Assembly: GCA_002269645.1 (NCBI GenBank)
Contig: NIVC01000422.1
Span: 434,001-498,000, forward strand
Reading direction: 5' to 3'
Origin: Macrostomum lignano
Taxonomy: Eukaryota
Length of the DNA stretch: 64,000 nt
A model generated the notes under the pieces. The model was given only the letters and a program-made list of their open reading frames with translations, made no database searches and was not told where the DNA came from. Positions 1-12,411 of this stretch are shown here, one piece after another (position 1 is the stretch's first letter; each line of letters begins with the position of its first letter). The translations under genes and the position numbers were made by a program.

Positions 1-3000
1 ACCAAGAGTTTCCAGGGTTTCGTATCGATAGGCCACGTGATCGTTCGTCACCTTGGGAGAGTTGTGGATTTGGTAGAGATTATCTGGGAGGCCAACTCGC
101 ATTTGTTCCCATAATCTGTCATGCGCTTTCGAAAGTTATATAATAATCTTTCTCATTCCAACTAATCTCCTCTATTTTTCCTCAATAATCAAATAATTTC
201 AGATAATAATTCAAATATTCAAATATTCCCTCATCTCAAATATTTTCTTTCTTTCCAATCTCCCCTCTCTTCAATCTCCCTTTCTCTTCTCAGATCTCCC
301 CTCTCTTCTCTAATCTCTCCTCGTTTGTCGAATTTCCCCTCCTTTTCTTCAATCTCCCCTCTCTTCTTCAATCTCCCCTCTCTTCTCCAATCTCTCCTCT
401 CTTCTCCAATCTCCCCTCTCTTCTCCAATCTCCCCTCTCTTCTCTAATCTCCCCTCTTCCAAGCTTCACTCTCTTCTCCAATCTCCCCTCTCTTCTCCAA
501 TCTCCCCTCTCTTCTCAAATCTCCCCTCTCTTCTCAAATCTCCCCTCTCTTCTTCAATCTCCCCTCTCTTCTTCAATCTCCCCTCTCTTCTCCAATCTCC
601 CCTCTCTTCTCTAATCTCCCCTCTTCCAAGCTTCACTCTCTTCTCCAATCTCTCCTCTCTTCTCCAATCTCCCCTCTCTTCTCCAATCTCCCCTCTCTTC
701 TCCAATCTCCCCTCTCTTCTTCAATCTCCCCTCTCTTCTCCAATCTCCCCTCTCTTCTCCAATCTCCCCTCTCTTCTCCAATCTCTCCTCTCTTCTCCAA
801 TCTCCCCTCTCTTCTCCAATCTCCCCTCTCTTCTCAAATCTCCCGTCTCTTCTTCAATCTCCCCTCTCTTCTTCAATCTCCCCTCTCTTCTTCAATCTCC
901 CCTCTCTTCTCCAATCTCCCCTCTCTTCTCCAATCTCTCCTCTCTTCTCCAATCTCCCCTCTCTTCTCCAATCTCCCCTCTCTTCTCTAATCTCCCCTCT
1001 TCCAAGCTTCACTCTCTTCTCCAATCTCCCCTCTCTTCTCCAATCTCCCCTCTCTTCTCAAATCTCCCCTCTCTTCTCCAATCTCCCCTCTCTTCTCAAA
1101 TCTCCCCTCTCTTCTCAAATCTCCCCTCTCTTCTTCAATCTCCCCTCTCTTCTTCAATCTCCCCTCTCTTCTCCAATCTCCCCTCTCTTCTCTAATCTCC
1201 CCTCTTCCAAGCTTCACTCTCTTCTCCAATCTCTCCTCTCTTCTCCAATCTCCCCTCTCTTCTCCAATCTCCCCTCTCTTCTCCAATCTCCCCTCTCTTC
1301 TCCAATCTCCCCTCTCTTCTCCAATCTCCCCTCTCTTCTCCAATCTCTCCTCTCTTCTCCAATCTCCCCTCTCTTCTCCAATCTCCCCTCTCTTCTCCAA
1401 TCTCCCCTCTCTTCTCAAATCTCCCGTCTCTTCTTCAATCTCCCCTCTCTTCTTCAATCTCCCCTCTCTTCTCCAATCTCCCCTCTCTTCTTCAATCTCC
1501 CCTCTCTTCTCCAATCTCCCCTCTCTTCTCCAATCTCCCCTCTCTTCTCCAATCTCCCCTCTCTTCTCCAATCTCCCCTCTCTTCTCAAATCTCCCGTCT
1601 CTTCTTCAATCTCCCCTCTCTTCTTCAATCTCCCCTCTCTTCTCCAATCTCCCCTCTCTTCTCCAATCTCCCCTCTCTTCTCCAATCTCCCCTCTCTTCT
1701 CCAATCTCCCCTCTCTTCTCCAATCTCTCCTCTCTATCCTAATCTTTATTACCTATATTTAATCATCTTCCTTATCTTCTCTCATCTTCTCTCTCCTTTA
1801 ATATCCGATCCTTTCTCTAATGCGGCTCTCTTCCTCAACTCTCCTACCAGGTGTTAAACTTTCTAACCACCTTTAAATACGCTCCGCTGTCATCGTCGAA
1901 TCCATGGTTATTGTTTGAACCCTGGACGGCTTCCACTTTCTTGGCTTCCGGCCCGACAAACCAGACTTCGCTAAACTCGTGAATTTCTTCCAGCTCGTAG
2001 GCTGAGAGTTTCTGACGGTAGAGCCGGACTGCTTCTGTAATTCAGAGTTGCAATGGAAAGCCAGCTATTTCTCTTTTTCCAAAGTCTCGTGTTTAACTTG
2101 CTTTCAAATCCCAAGTTGTAGGATTCCTAGGAAGGAAAAAGGGGCAAGTTTTAGACTTAGACTTCTAGACTTTAGAGTTATAGACTTTGTAATTCGGGAT
2201 TCGATTTTTTAAAATGACACTTCGGGACTGTTCTATTGAACTTCGGGACTGTTCTAATAAACTTCGGGACTGTTCTAATAAACTTCGGGACTGTTCTAAT
2301 AAATTTCGGGACTGTTCTAATAAACTTCGGGACTGTTCTAATAAACTTCGGGACTGTTCTAATAAACTTCGGGACTGTTCTAATAAACTTCGGGACTGTT
2401 CTAATAAACTTCGGGACTGTTCTAATAAACTTCGGGACTGTTCTAATAAACTTCGGGACTGTTCTAATAAACTTCGGGACTGTTCTAATAAACTTCGGGA
2501 CTGTTCTAATAAACTTTGGGACTGTTCTAATAAACTTCGGGACTGTTCTAATAAACTTCGGGACTGTTCTAATAAACTTTGAGACTGTTCTAATAAACTT
2601 TGGGACTGTTCTAATAAGCTTCGGGACTGTTCTATTGAACTTCGGGACTGTTCTAATGAATTTCGGGACTGTTCTAATAAACTTCGGGACTGTTCTAATA
2701 AACTTCGGGACTGTTCTAATAAACTTCGGGACTGTTCTAATAAACTTCGGGACTGTTCTAATAAACTTCGGGACTGTTCTAATAAACTTCGGGACTGTTC
2801 TAATAAACTTCGGGACTGTTCTAATAAACTTTGAGACTGTTCTAATAAACTTTGAGACTGTTCTAATAAACTTTGGGACTGTTCTAATAAGCTTCGGGAC
2901 TGTTCTATTGAACTTCGGGACTGTTCTAACCACCTTCGGGACTTTTCCTCATTGCCCTTACAGCTCAATTTTGAATATTGATGAGGCTTCTCCAAGAACT

Positions 3001-4483
3001 AAGTAATCAAACGGCAACTAAATTTCCAAGCAAGCAAGTACAATCAAAGCGGAATTAAGAATCATTTCCCAGACCATTCGGCGACATGACAGTTGGACCT
3101 CCCGACGACTTCTTCTCGTCGTTCGCGCTGTCCAGCATCGAAGCGACGATAGCGGCGTCGTCAGCCATCGACGCTTGAGCGACCGCCGTCGGTTGTGGCG
3201 CCGGCGCGGCGAAAGCCGCCCGATGACCTCGCCGGGTCCGAATCGAGGGCAGCGCTGGGACTCCGTCGTGTCCAGCTGCTGCTGCTGCAGGATGGTGCTG
3301 GTGATGGCGGGTAGTGATGGAACCGCCGGCTCCGACCTGCGGTCTGTTTGAGGCGCCCAAGTCGCCATTCACAATGCTGGGAAAAACAGCGCCAAGATAC
3401 TGACCGTTCGAGTCCGCGTTCTGGAATTCGGGAGGCAGTTGAAAAAAAGTGCAACATTTTAATTTATTTATAATTAGCATTGACAGACTTGTGAACATTT
3501 TTAAACAGTAACAGGAAGGAAGTGCAGCATCTGCATTCTGGAGTTTGATTGTTGATTTTTCTCACCGATAAATTGTAGCAGAAAGTTGTTTAGTATCACA
3601 TTTTATCTTTGCCTTGTCTCACCTTCAATCTCTCACACCTTCAATCTCTCTCCCCTCTAATCTATCTCACCTTCAATCGATCTCACCTTCAGTCCATCTC
3701 ACCTTCAATTCATCTCACCTTCAATCTATCTCACCTTCAATCTCTCACACCTTCAATCTATCTCCCCTCTAATCTATCTCACCTTCAATCGATCTCTCCT
3801 TCAATCCATCTCACCTTCAATCCATCTCACCTTCAATTCATCTCACCTTCAATCTATCTCACCTTCAATTCATCTCACCTTCAATCGATCTCACCTTCAA
3901 TCCATCTCACCTTCAATCTATCTCACCTTCAATCCATCTCACCTTCAATCGATCTCACCTTCAATCTATCTCCCCTCTAATCTATCTCACCTTCAATCGA
4001 TCTCACCTTCAATCCATCTCACCTTCAATCTATCTCACCTTCAATCCATCTCACCTTCAATCTATCTCACCTTCAATCCATCTCACCTTCAATCTATCTT
4101 ACATTCAATCCATCTCACCTTCAATCCATCTCACCTTCAATCTATCTCCCCTCTAATCTATCTCACCTTCAGTCTATCTCCCCTCTAATATATCTCACCT
4201 CCAATCCATCTCACCTTCAATCAATCTCACCTCCAATCCATCTCACCTTCAATCCATCTCACCTTCAATCCATCTCAGCTTTAACCCGTCTTATCCCTTT
4301 TACTTACTCCCCATTCCTCGATTTTCTCTCTCTCACCTTGGCAGCCCCGTGCGCGGCTGCAAATCTTTTCCGTCTCCTGCGCATTGCTGCAGCAGCCGCG
4401 GCAACCCTTTGACTGGCAGCGGTGCCGTCGCAAGCAGCTGCTGCAGTTCTGTTTGGCAACTGCTGCGCTTTCAACTGTGACAT
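1..4483 (-). CDS. DYRK4: Class II DYRK kinase (DYRK4-like), 5' part; exons 4337-4483, 3075-3420, 1871-2034, <1-51; the kinase domain continues beyond the window
   Basis: Spliced translation reads ...[77 protein letters not shown]. This is the NAPA region, DH box and start of the kinase domain, closest by recall to DYRK4 (WF..EAKK, FDD..G.YLKV, YRYE.LET.G). All introns are GT-AG with matching phases (0,1,0). The start ATG at 4483 is inferred. Confidence 0.88.
252..1735. repeat. 19-nt pyrimidine-rich minisatellite (CCAATCTCCCCTCTCTTCT)n filling a DYRK intron
   Basis: Direct tandem units; the variant block TTCCAAGCTTCACT recurs near 458, 625, 1001 and 1207, indicating higher-order duplication. 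Confidence 0.95.
2219..2945. repeat. 21-nt minisatellite (AAACTTCGGGACTGTTCTAAT)n in a DYRK intron
   Basis: About 34 near-identical tandem units; they explain the 7-aa periodic ORFs on both strands. Confidence 0.97.
3617..4277. repeat. 16-nt minisatellite (TCAATC[C/T]ATCTCACCT)n in DYRK intron 1
   Basis: Tandem units lying between the 3420 acceptor and the 4337 donor. Confidence 0.95.
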
Positions 4484-4735
4484 TTTGACAGCTCTGCTTT
4501 CAGAACTCAATTCTACTTTTGATAGTTTAAATGATAGGTAGCATTGATGAGTGCTTCCGGTACCTATACCTGTTTTTAGCTACCGGATTCAGTGACAGTA
4601 AAATCCTGGAACTGTCTTGCTACCTTTCCCCTTTTGATCCTCAACCAATCCTCAACCAGGATGCAGCTCGTAGTGCAACGAGAGGCAACCAGTGCTTGTC
4701 AGGGAAGGCGCGAGGCTGCGTTACTCTTATGTTGA

Positions 4736-4749
4736 GTTGTCATAGCAAC
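4736..4749. promoter_or_regulatory. RFX X-box upstream of the DYRK4-like gene
   Basis: GTTGTCATAGCAAC matches GTTRYYATRRYAAC and lies about 250 bp upstream of the inferred ATG. Confidence 0.55.
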
Positions 4750-4848
4750 CACGGGTCGCCATCTTAAACCCGAAACCATCTTAAACCCAAAAATCACACC
4801 TCCGAAAGCACCTCTCAAACCAAATCGAAAACCAAAATAGCTTTGACA

Positions 4849-5455
4849 TTGCTAACACTTTCGGAGTTATGATATTTCGGGTTTATGATATTTCGTGTTT
4901 ACGATATTTCGGGTTTGTGATATTTCGGGTTTGTGATATTTCGGGTTTGTGATATTTCGGGGTTGTGATATTTCGGGTTTATGATATTTCGTGTTTACGA
5001 TATTTCGGGTTTGTGATATTTCGGGTTTGTGATATTTCGAGTTAACGATATTTCGGGTTTGTGATATTTCGAGTTAACGATATTTCGGGTTTGTGATATT
5101 TCGAGTTAAGATATTTTGGGTTTATGATATTTCGGGTTTGTGATATTTCGGGTTTGTGATATTTCCAGTTAAGATATTTTGGGTTTATGATATTTCGGGT
5201 TTGTGATATTTCGGGTTTTGGATATTTCGTGTTTATGACATTTCGGGTTTGTGATATTTCGGGTTTATGATATTTCGGGTTTGTGATGTTTCGGGTTTAT
5301 GATATTTCGGGTTTATGATATTTCGGGTTTGTGATTTTTCGGGTTTATGATATTTCGGGTTTATGATATTTCGGGTTTGTGATGGGCGTTGCTAACACTT
5401 TCGGAGTTATGACATTTCGGGTTTATGATATTTCGGGTTTATGATATTTCGGATT
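4849..5455 (+). repeat. 16-nt array (GATATTTCGGGTTT[A/G]T)n with a (GGGCG)TTGCTAACACTTTCGGAG head, present as two tandem heads
   Basis: Heads at 4849 and about 5385; the same unit and the GGGCGTTGCTA head occur inverted at 32533-33893. Confidence 0.9.
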
Positions 5456-5549
5456 AAAGACGACCCCGCAACCACCATCTTTAGTTGAATTGATGACTTA
5501 TGTCAGTTGGGCCCTAGTCGTGAGTTGGGGGTTTTTGCGCTCACGACTA

Positions 5550-6064
5550 GCATGTGCACTTTAACAACCCGCTATGGAGTCAAGAAAGACACCTTAGAAA
5601 TCAGGAGACACTCTGGAATCGGGAGAGACGCTCTGGAATCGGGAGAGACACTCTCGAATCGGGAGAGACACTCTGGAATCGGGAGAGACACTCTGGAATC
5701 GAGAGAGACACTCTGGAATCGAGAGAGATACTCTGGAATCGGGACAGACACTCTGGAATCGGGACAGACACTCTCGAATCGGGAGAGACACTCTGGAATC
5801 GGGAGAGACACTCTGGAATCGGGACAGACACTCTGGAATCGGGACAGACACTCTCGAATCGGGAGAGACACTCTGGAATCGGGAGAGACACTCAGGCATC
5901 AGGAGAGACACTCTGGAATCGGGAGAGACACTCTGGAATCGGGAGAGACACTTTGGGATCGGGAGAGACACTCTGGAATCGGGACAGACACTCTGGAATC
6001 GGGACAGACACTCTGGAATCGGGACAGACACTCTGGAATCGGGACAGACACTCTGGAATCGGGA
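5550..6064 (+). mobile_element. Dispersed element: unique head followed by a 20-nt array (CTCTGGAATCGGGAGAGACA)n, copy 1
   Basis: The head GCATGTGCACTTTAACAACCCGCTATGGAGTCAAGAAAGACACCTTAGAAATCAGGAGACAC is identical to the reverse complement of 8703-8764. Confidence 0.75.
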
Positions 6065-6246
6065 GAGCCTGTCGCAGAGCCTGTCGCAGAGCCTGTCGCA
6101 GAGCCTGTCGCAGAGCCTGTCGCAGAGCCTGTCGCAGAGCCTGTCGCAGAGCCTGTCGCAGAGCCTGTCGCAGAGCCTGTCGCAGAGCCTGTCGCAGAGC
6201 CTGTCGCAGAGCCTGTCGCAGTCTACCCTGTCGCAGATCAGGGTAG
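6065..6246 (+). repeat. 13 x 12-nt (GAGCCTGTCGCA) array ending in an 8-bp hairpin
   Basis: Perfect tandem at 6065-6220, then CTACCCTG-tcgcagat-CAGGGTAG at 6223-6246. Confidence 0.9.
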
Positions 6247-7231
6247 CACCAAGGACAACTTAAGTAGGCATGTACACTCTATGTACTCTCTTTAGTTGTC
6301 TTACAGAAATCTCAGACCAATTTGATGTACTTTTGCAACGATTGTCTTGCAGCTGCCGCCCCTCCTCCCCAAGACTTGCACTGCGTCACACAGACTTCCT
6401 CGACACAATGAAGGACAATAAAACAAAGGATTCTGCAGTCAGGGCATCATAGAGAATCAAAGAAGCAGATTTGAGGTACGATTGAGAGACTACTCGGGTT
6501 AGAATTCACTCTCATTGCTTTAAGCGTTTTAATTGCTTTTCCTCCAGGTTGCTAGGGTTTGAAAAAATAGTAACTATTGAAAGACTTTGGAGTGCTTCAT
6601 CAAACTCTTCAGTCTGGCGCTGGCTAACCCGCCGCGCATCCGTGTGCTAAAGCCAGTGCAGAGTTAGATAGAGATGGGGAAAAAGACAAAAGAGCTGCAT
6701 TTTTCATACGCGCGTGACATGCACAAGTTCACAGAGGCGGAATGGGGGAGAAGAGGGAGGCCTCTGCAACACAATTTCTGGCCATTAATGGCGATTTTGT
6801 TTTTTCTCGCAAAAGCCATTGATGGAGTAATAAATTTGAATCCCCAATCCTTTCGTAGGGAGCTTCTGACAGCTGCTACTGCTGCTGCTGCTGCTGCTGC
6901 GACACACTGAGCTCTGAGTCCCTCATCTAAACTGCTCAGTCAGTTCGCCCATGCGCTCACACTGGGAATCCAGTTTTGCAGGCACGCATTGGGCGCCTGG
7001 CATGCGAGGCTGAGCCCTACGAGAGCGGTGGGGAGAGAGGCGACGGGACGGGAGGCAGTGGGGAAGTGATGAAGAAAGGAGGCTGACGGAGTAGAGCTGC
7101 CGGCTGCCAATGCTGAATACAATATTGAAAGGTTTTTTTACGCTAAAACAATCCTAGCCAGGTTTTGAGTATGAAGTAGGCCGACAGAAGGACACTAAGA
7201 CAGAAATATAGACAGGTGGCACACAGGCAGT

Positions 7232-7527
<296 letters not shown>

Positions 7528-7877
7528 ACCATATTAAGACGGACAGAGGTAGACAGAGCTCATAACCCAGCACTGCCAATGGGTTGATCGAAACTGCTTT
7601 CCTCCTTTACCAAGGAAACTTACAGTCTGCCTTGTCATTTATGGAAAGAGAATACTCGTATGCTTAAGCATTTGTTCTGCGTCTAAAGTTACAGTGCTCC
7701 GCAGCTCAGAGAAGAACAATGCAGTATGGAGTATTTCTATAAATGCAGCTTTTAGGTACCGTATTAGCTTTCGGTGCATCGAAAATCGATTGATTTGTGT
7801 AACCATAGCGAATTATAACGCTATCATCTGACGAAAAGTGCTTCTGAAGGTCTGGTGTATTGAGAAGGGATTTTGTT

Positions 7878-8764
7878 TTTGAGAGTGTCTTCCGATTCCA
7901 GAGTGTCCCTGCCGATTCCAGAGTGTCCCTGCCGATTCCAGAGTGTCCCTGCCGATTCCAGAGTGTCCCTCCCGATTCCAGAGTGTCCCTCCCGATTCCA
8001 GAGTGTCTCTCCCGATTCCAGAGTGTCTCTCCCGATGCCAAAGTGTCTCTCCCGATTCCAGAGCGTCTCTCCCGATGCCAAAGTGTCTTTCCCGATTCCA
8101 GAGTGTCTTTCCCGATTCCAGAGTGTCTCTCCCGATGCCAAAATGTCTCTCCCAATGCCAAAGTGTCTCTCCCGATTCCAAAGTGTCTCTCCCGATCCCA
8201 GAGTGTCTCTACCGATTCCAGAGCGTCTCTCCCGATGCCAAAATGTCTTTCCCGATTCCAGAGTGTCTCTACCGATTCCAGAGTGTCTCTCCCGATGCCA
8301 AAGTGTCTCTCCCAATGCCAAAGTGTCTCTCCCGATTCCAAAGTGTCTCTCCCGATCCCAGAGTGTCTCTACCGATTCCAGAGTGTCTCTCCCGATTCCA
8401 AAGTGTCTTTCCCGATTCCAGAGTGTCTCTCCAGATGCCAAAGTGTCTCTCCCGATTCCAAAGTGTCTTTCCCGATTCCAGAGTGTCTCTCCCAATTCCA
8501 GAGTGTCTCTACCGATTCCAGAGTGTCTCTCCCGATCCAAGAGTGTCTCTACCGATTCCAGAGTGTCTCTCCCGATCCAAGAGTGTCTCTACCGATTCCA
8601 GAGTGTCTCTCCCGATCCCAGAGTGTCTCTCCCGATTCCAGAGTATCTCTACCGATTCCAGAGTATCTCTCCCGATTCCAAAGTGTCCCTTCCGATTCCA
8701 GAGTGTCTCCTGATTTCTAAGGTGTCTTTCTTGACTCCATAGCGGGTTGTTAAAGTGCACATGC
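7878..8764 (-). mobile_element. Dispersed element: unique head followed by the 20-nt array, copy 2 (inverted relative to copy 1)
   Basis: Same head and same 20-nt unit as 5550-6064, on the opposite strand, with a longer and more variant array. Confidence 0.75.
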
Positions 8765-8798
8765 ACATACAATCAAGAAAAGCCATACTGCGTCTCAC

Positions 8799-9845
8799 CG
8801 TTCTCGCTGGGTACCTCCGAGAGCCTCGATAAGATTGGCCACCTCCAGCGGCTCTGGTTGACTGAAACTGGATCGGTGCCAGCAGGGCCGCGGCGGTTCT
8901 GTCCGGACCTCGCAGAGACTGGTGCTGCCTGCCCAGTGGCCCCGTGGTGCTTGTCGTTGTTGCCGTGGTCTGTCGGTAGATTAGGTTTTGTGCTATAATT
9001 ATACAGTGAGTCTAAATATTTTCTTACTTTTTTATGATTGGTAACTTAATAGTTCTGATTAACTAAGCTATTATTAATTACTATTGGTCATAGGTTCATT
9101 GGTCACGGGTAATTGTTCACGGGTCATTGGTCATGGGTCATTGGTCATGGGTCATTTGTCATGGGCCAGTTATCATGGATCATTGGTCATGGGTGATTGG
9201 TCATGGGTCAATTATCACGGGTCATTGGTCACGCGTCAATGGTCATGGGTCATTGGTCACGGGTCATTGTTCAAGGATCATTGGTCATGGGTCATTGGTC
9301 ATGAGTCTTTGTTCATGGCTTATTGGTCATGGTCATCGTCTTGGGTCACTAGTCATTGATCATAAGCCATGAGTCTTTTGTCATGAGTTACTTTGGTCAT
9401 GGGTCATCCTTGGTCATGAGTTACTTTGGTCATGGGTAATCATTGGTCATGATTTACTTTGGTCATGGGTCATTGGTCATGAGCCATTTTTCATGGATCA
9501 TTGGTCATGGGCCAATTATCATGGACCATTGGTCATTGGTCACAGGTCAATCAAGGATCGCAGGGGTTGAAGTCGCGAGCTGCTTAAGCCGCAGGTCAGT
9601 CCGGTTACCTCCTCGAGATCCTGCAGCATGGCGGCATTGGCCCAGGCGTCCCTGGTCAGATCCATCATGTTCCGCAATGTCACTTCACGCTTCACACGAC
9701 TAGTTTGCATTTGACTGGGAATTGCCGAGTAATTATTATTGATTGAGCTATTGGAAATCGAGTAGCATTGTTCGGGATCCTCTTGGTTGGCGGCACACAA
9801 CGAGTCGCTTGAGTAGATGGGATCGGGGAATGGGGTTGTGGGATT
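8799..9845 (-). CDS. Putative exons of an unrecognised gene (9609-9845 and 8799-8969)
   Basis: 9609-9845 has a pyrimidine-rich acceptor (ttttccccattag), a GAG|gtaacc donor and 79 open codons (NPTTPFPDPIYSSDSLCAANQEDPEQ...RNMMDLTRDAWANAAMLQDLEE). 8799-8969 is GC-rich with an ACG|gtgaga donor, but its frame is ambiguous. No family recognised. Confidence 0.45.
9085..9545. repeat. Degenerate GGTCAT-rich tandem repeat (GGTCATGGGTCATT-like)
   Basis: Dense recurrence of GGTCAT with 7- and 14-nt spacing. Confidence 0.85.
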
Positions 9846-10419
9846 CTAATGGGGAAAACCAGAAATAGGGGATTGAAGCGTTGGGAATAGCCAATGGAGA
9901 ATCGCATACTATTGTTTCCGACGCTTTTAGCATCAACTTTCTGCTTCACCTGCCTCTCTTTTCTGCTTCTGCGTCCCCATTATTTTGCTGTCCCCCGCTT
10001 GCAGGAAGCAAGCAGAGAAGAACAGCTGCCCGGGTAGGCGTTTTTGCATTCACATTGTACGCATGCTCGCAAACACCATAGCAACAAGCTAATGTCCCGC
10101 TCGCATTGCTATTTAGCATGGATACTCAAACTAATAGGGAGTTTTATCTCATATCTGGATATGGGAAAAGATAGAATTGCGTGGCTGCGCACAGGATTCT
10201 AATTCTCCCTGTTGAAGTGTTGACACAGAACTGCCAGATGCGCTCAGATGGAAAATTGGTAGAAAAATTATGCGCGTAAAATATTGATTATGACCGGCCC
10301 GCATGCTGGATGCAACTTAGGGCAAACTGCCTTATTGCAACCAGCTTATCTATTTGGCAATTGAGTGCAATATATTACCAATTGAAGTGGGTTTCCTTGT
10401 ATTTGATACTGATAGTGTA

Positions 10420-11180
10420 TAGCTGTGGCCCCCTCCCATTGATAATGCATTGCTGTGACCCCCTCCCATTGATACTGTGTTGCTGTGACCCCCCATTGAT
10501 AATGCAGTGCTGTGACCCCCTCCCATTGATACAGTGTTGCTGTTACCCCTCCCATTGATACAGTGTTGCTGTTACCCCTCCCATTGATACTGTGTTGCTG
10601 TGAGCCCCTCCTATTGATACTGTGTTGCTGTGACCCCTCCCATTGATACTGTGTTGCTGTGAGCCCCTCCTATTGATACTGTGTTGCTGTGACCCCTCCC
10701 ATTGATACTGTGTTGCTGTGACCCCTCCCATTGATACTGTGTTGCTGTGACGCCTCCCATTGATAATGCATTGCTGTGACCCCCTCCTATTGATACTGTG
10801 TTGCTGTGACCCCCTCCTATTGATACTGTGTTGCTGTGACCCCCTCCCATCGATACTGTGTTGCTGTGACCCCTCCCATTGATAGTGTGTTGCTGTGACC
10901 CCTCCCATTGATACTGTGTTGCTGTGACGCCTCCCATTGATAATGCATTGCTGTGAGCCCCTCCCATTGATACTGTGTTGCTGTGACCCCCTCCCATTGA
11001 TACTGTGTTGCTGTGCCCCCCTCACATTGATACTGTGTTGCTGTGACCCCCTCCTATTGATACTGTGTTGCTGTGCCCCCCTCACATTGATACTGTATTG
11101 CTGTGACCTTCTCCAATTGATACTGTGACCCCCTCCCAATGATACAGTGGTGCTGTGACCCCCTCTCACGTGACCCCCTC
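10420..11180. repeat. 29-30-nt minisatellite (CCCCTCCCATTGATACTGTGTTGCTGTGA)n
   Basis: Tandem units with a variable C-run. Confidence 0.95.
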
Positions 11181-11531
11181 TCACTGATCCATAGAACATT
11201 CACGTTTCTTTCAACGCATCATACACAGTTTTCTACTTGGTAAAGTTTGAGAAGTACACAAAAACCTTCTTGAGCTTCCCTTGCAAGGATAAATTGGGTG
11301 AAGTAAATACTGCTTGATTTTTTAAGACCTCCTACAACTGTACTTATAAGGGCCTATTGTCTGGGTGAAAGGTAATCAATCATCTTTTGCTACAGCATGG
11401 AACATGCGTTCACGCACCCACACTTGAGCTGGAGCCACTCTGACAGTAGAGTTCTAAGACTGATTGTTGGCATTGACACTTCCTGTCAAATGTAATTGGC
11501 TTTTACTGGTGATAGCTATCTGTCAGTCCTT

Positions 11532-12045
11532 TGTTTGGGTATCTGTACTTGTCTTTGGGTATCTGTACTTGTCTCTGGGTATCTATGTTGGTCTTTGGGT
11601 ATCTCTTATGTCTCTATAAGTATCTCTATTTGTCTTTGGGTATCTCTACTTGTCTCTGGGTATCTCTACTTGTCTCGGGGTATCTCTATTTGTCTCTGGG
11701 TATCTCCATTAGTCTTTGGATATCTCTACTTGTCTCTAAGTATCTCTACCTGTCTCTAAGTATCTCTACTTGTCTCGGGGTATCTCTATTTGTCTCTGGG
11801 TATCTCCATTAGTCTTTGGGTATCTCTACTTGTCTCTAAGTATCTCTACCTGTCTCTAAGTATCTCTACTTGTCTCGGGGTATCTCTATTTGTCTTTGGG
11901 TATCTCTACTTGTCTCTGGGTATCTCTACTTGTCTCTGGGTATCTTTACTTTTCTCGGGGTATCTCTATTTGTCTTTGGGTATCTCTATTTGTCTCTGGG
12001 TGCTTATATTTGTCTTTGGGTATCACTACTTGTCTCTGGGTATTG
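11532..12045. repeat. 20-nt minisatellite (GGGTATCTCTACTTGTCTCT)n
   Basis: Tandem units; a few more copies lie at about 12200-12260. Confidence 0.93.
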
Positions 12046-12411
12046 TTGTGTAGTTGGTTTGCAATATGTACATCTGTTTGTCGATATTGATTTGTCGCAT
12101 GCTAGATAAATATAAAAGTATAAAAATACCAGTCGGAAGGCCAACTTGGTCTAAGTTCGTGTGTACCCCAAAAATCAGTCTGACTCTCTCAAACACAACA
12201 GGTATTTATATTTGTCTCTGGGTATCTCTTCTAGTGTCTGGGTATCTCTAGTTGTCTTTGATTACTATTTTTGATATCTCAGGATTTTTCTGTCCTAGGG
12301 TACTTTTCATTTTATCTATGCATTCATGTTTCAATTTTTTTTGTTTATTTCCATCTATCTCTCCTTGTCTATAATCTTGCCTTCATCTCAATAAAAATTC
12401 AGCTTCATCAC

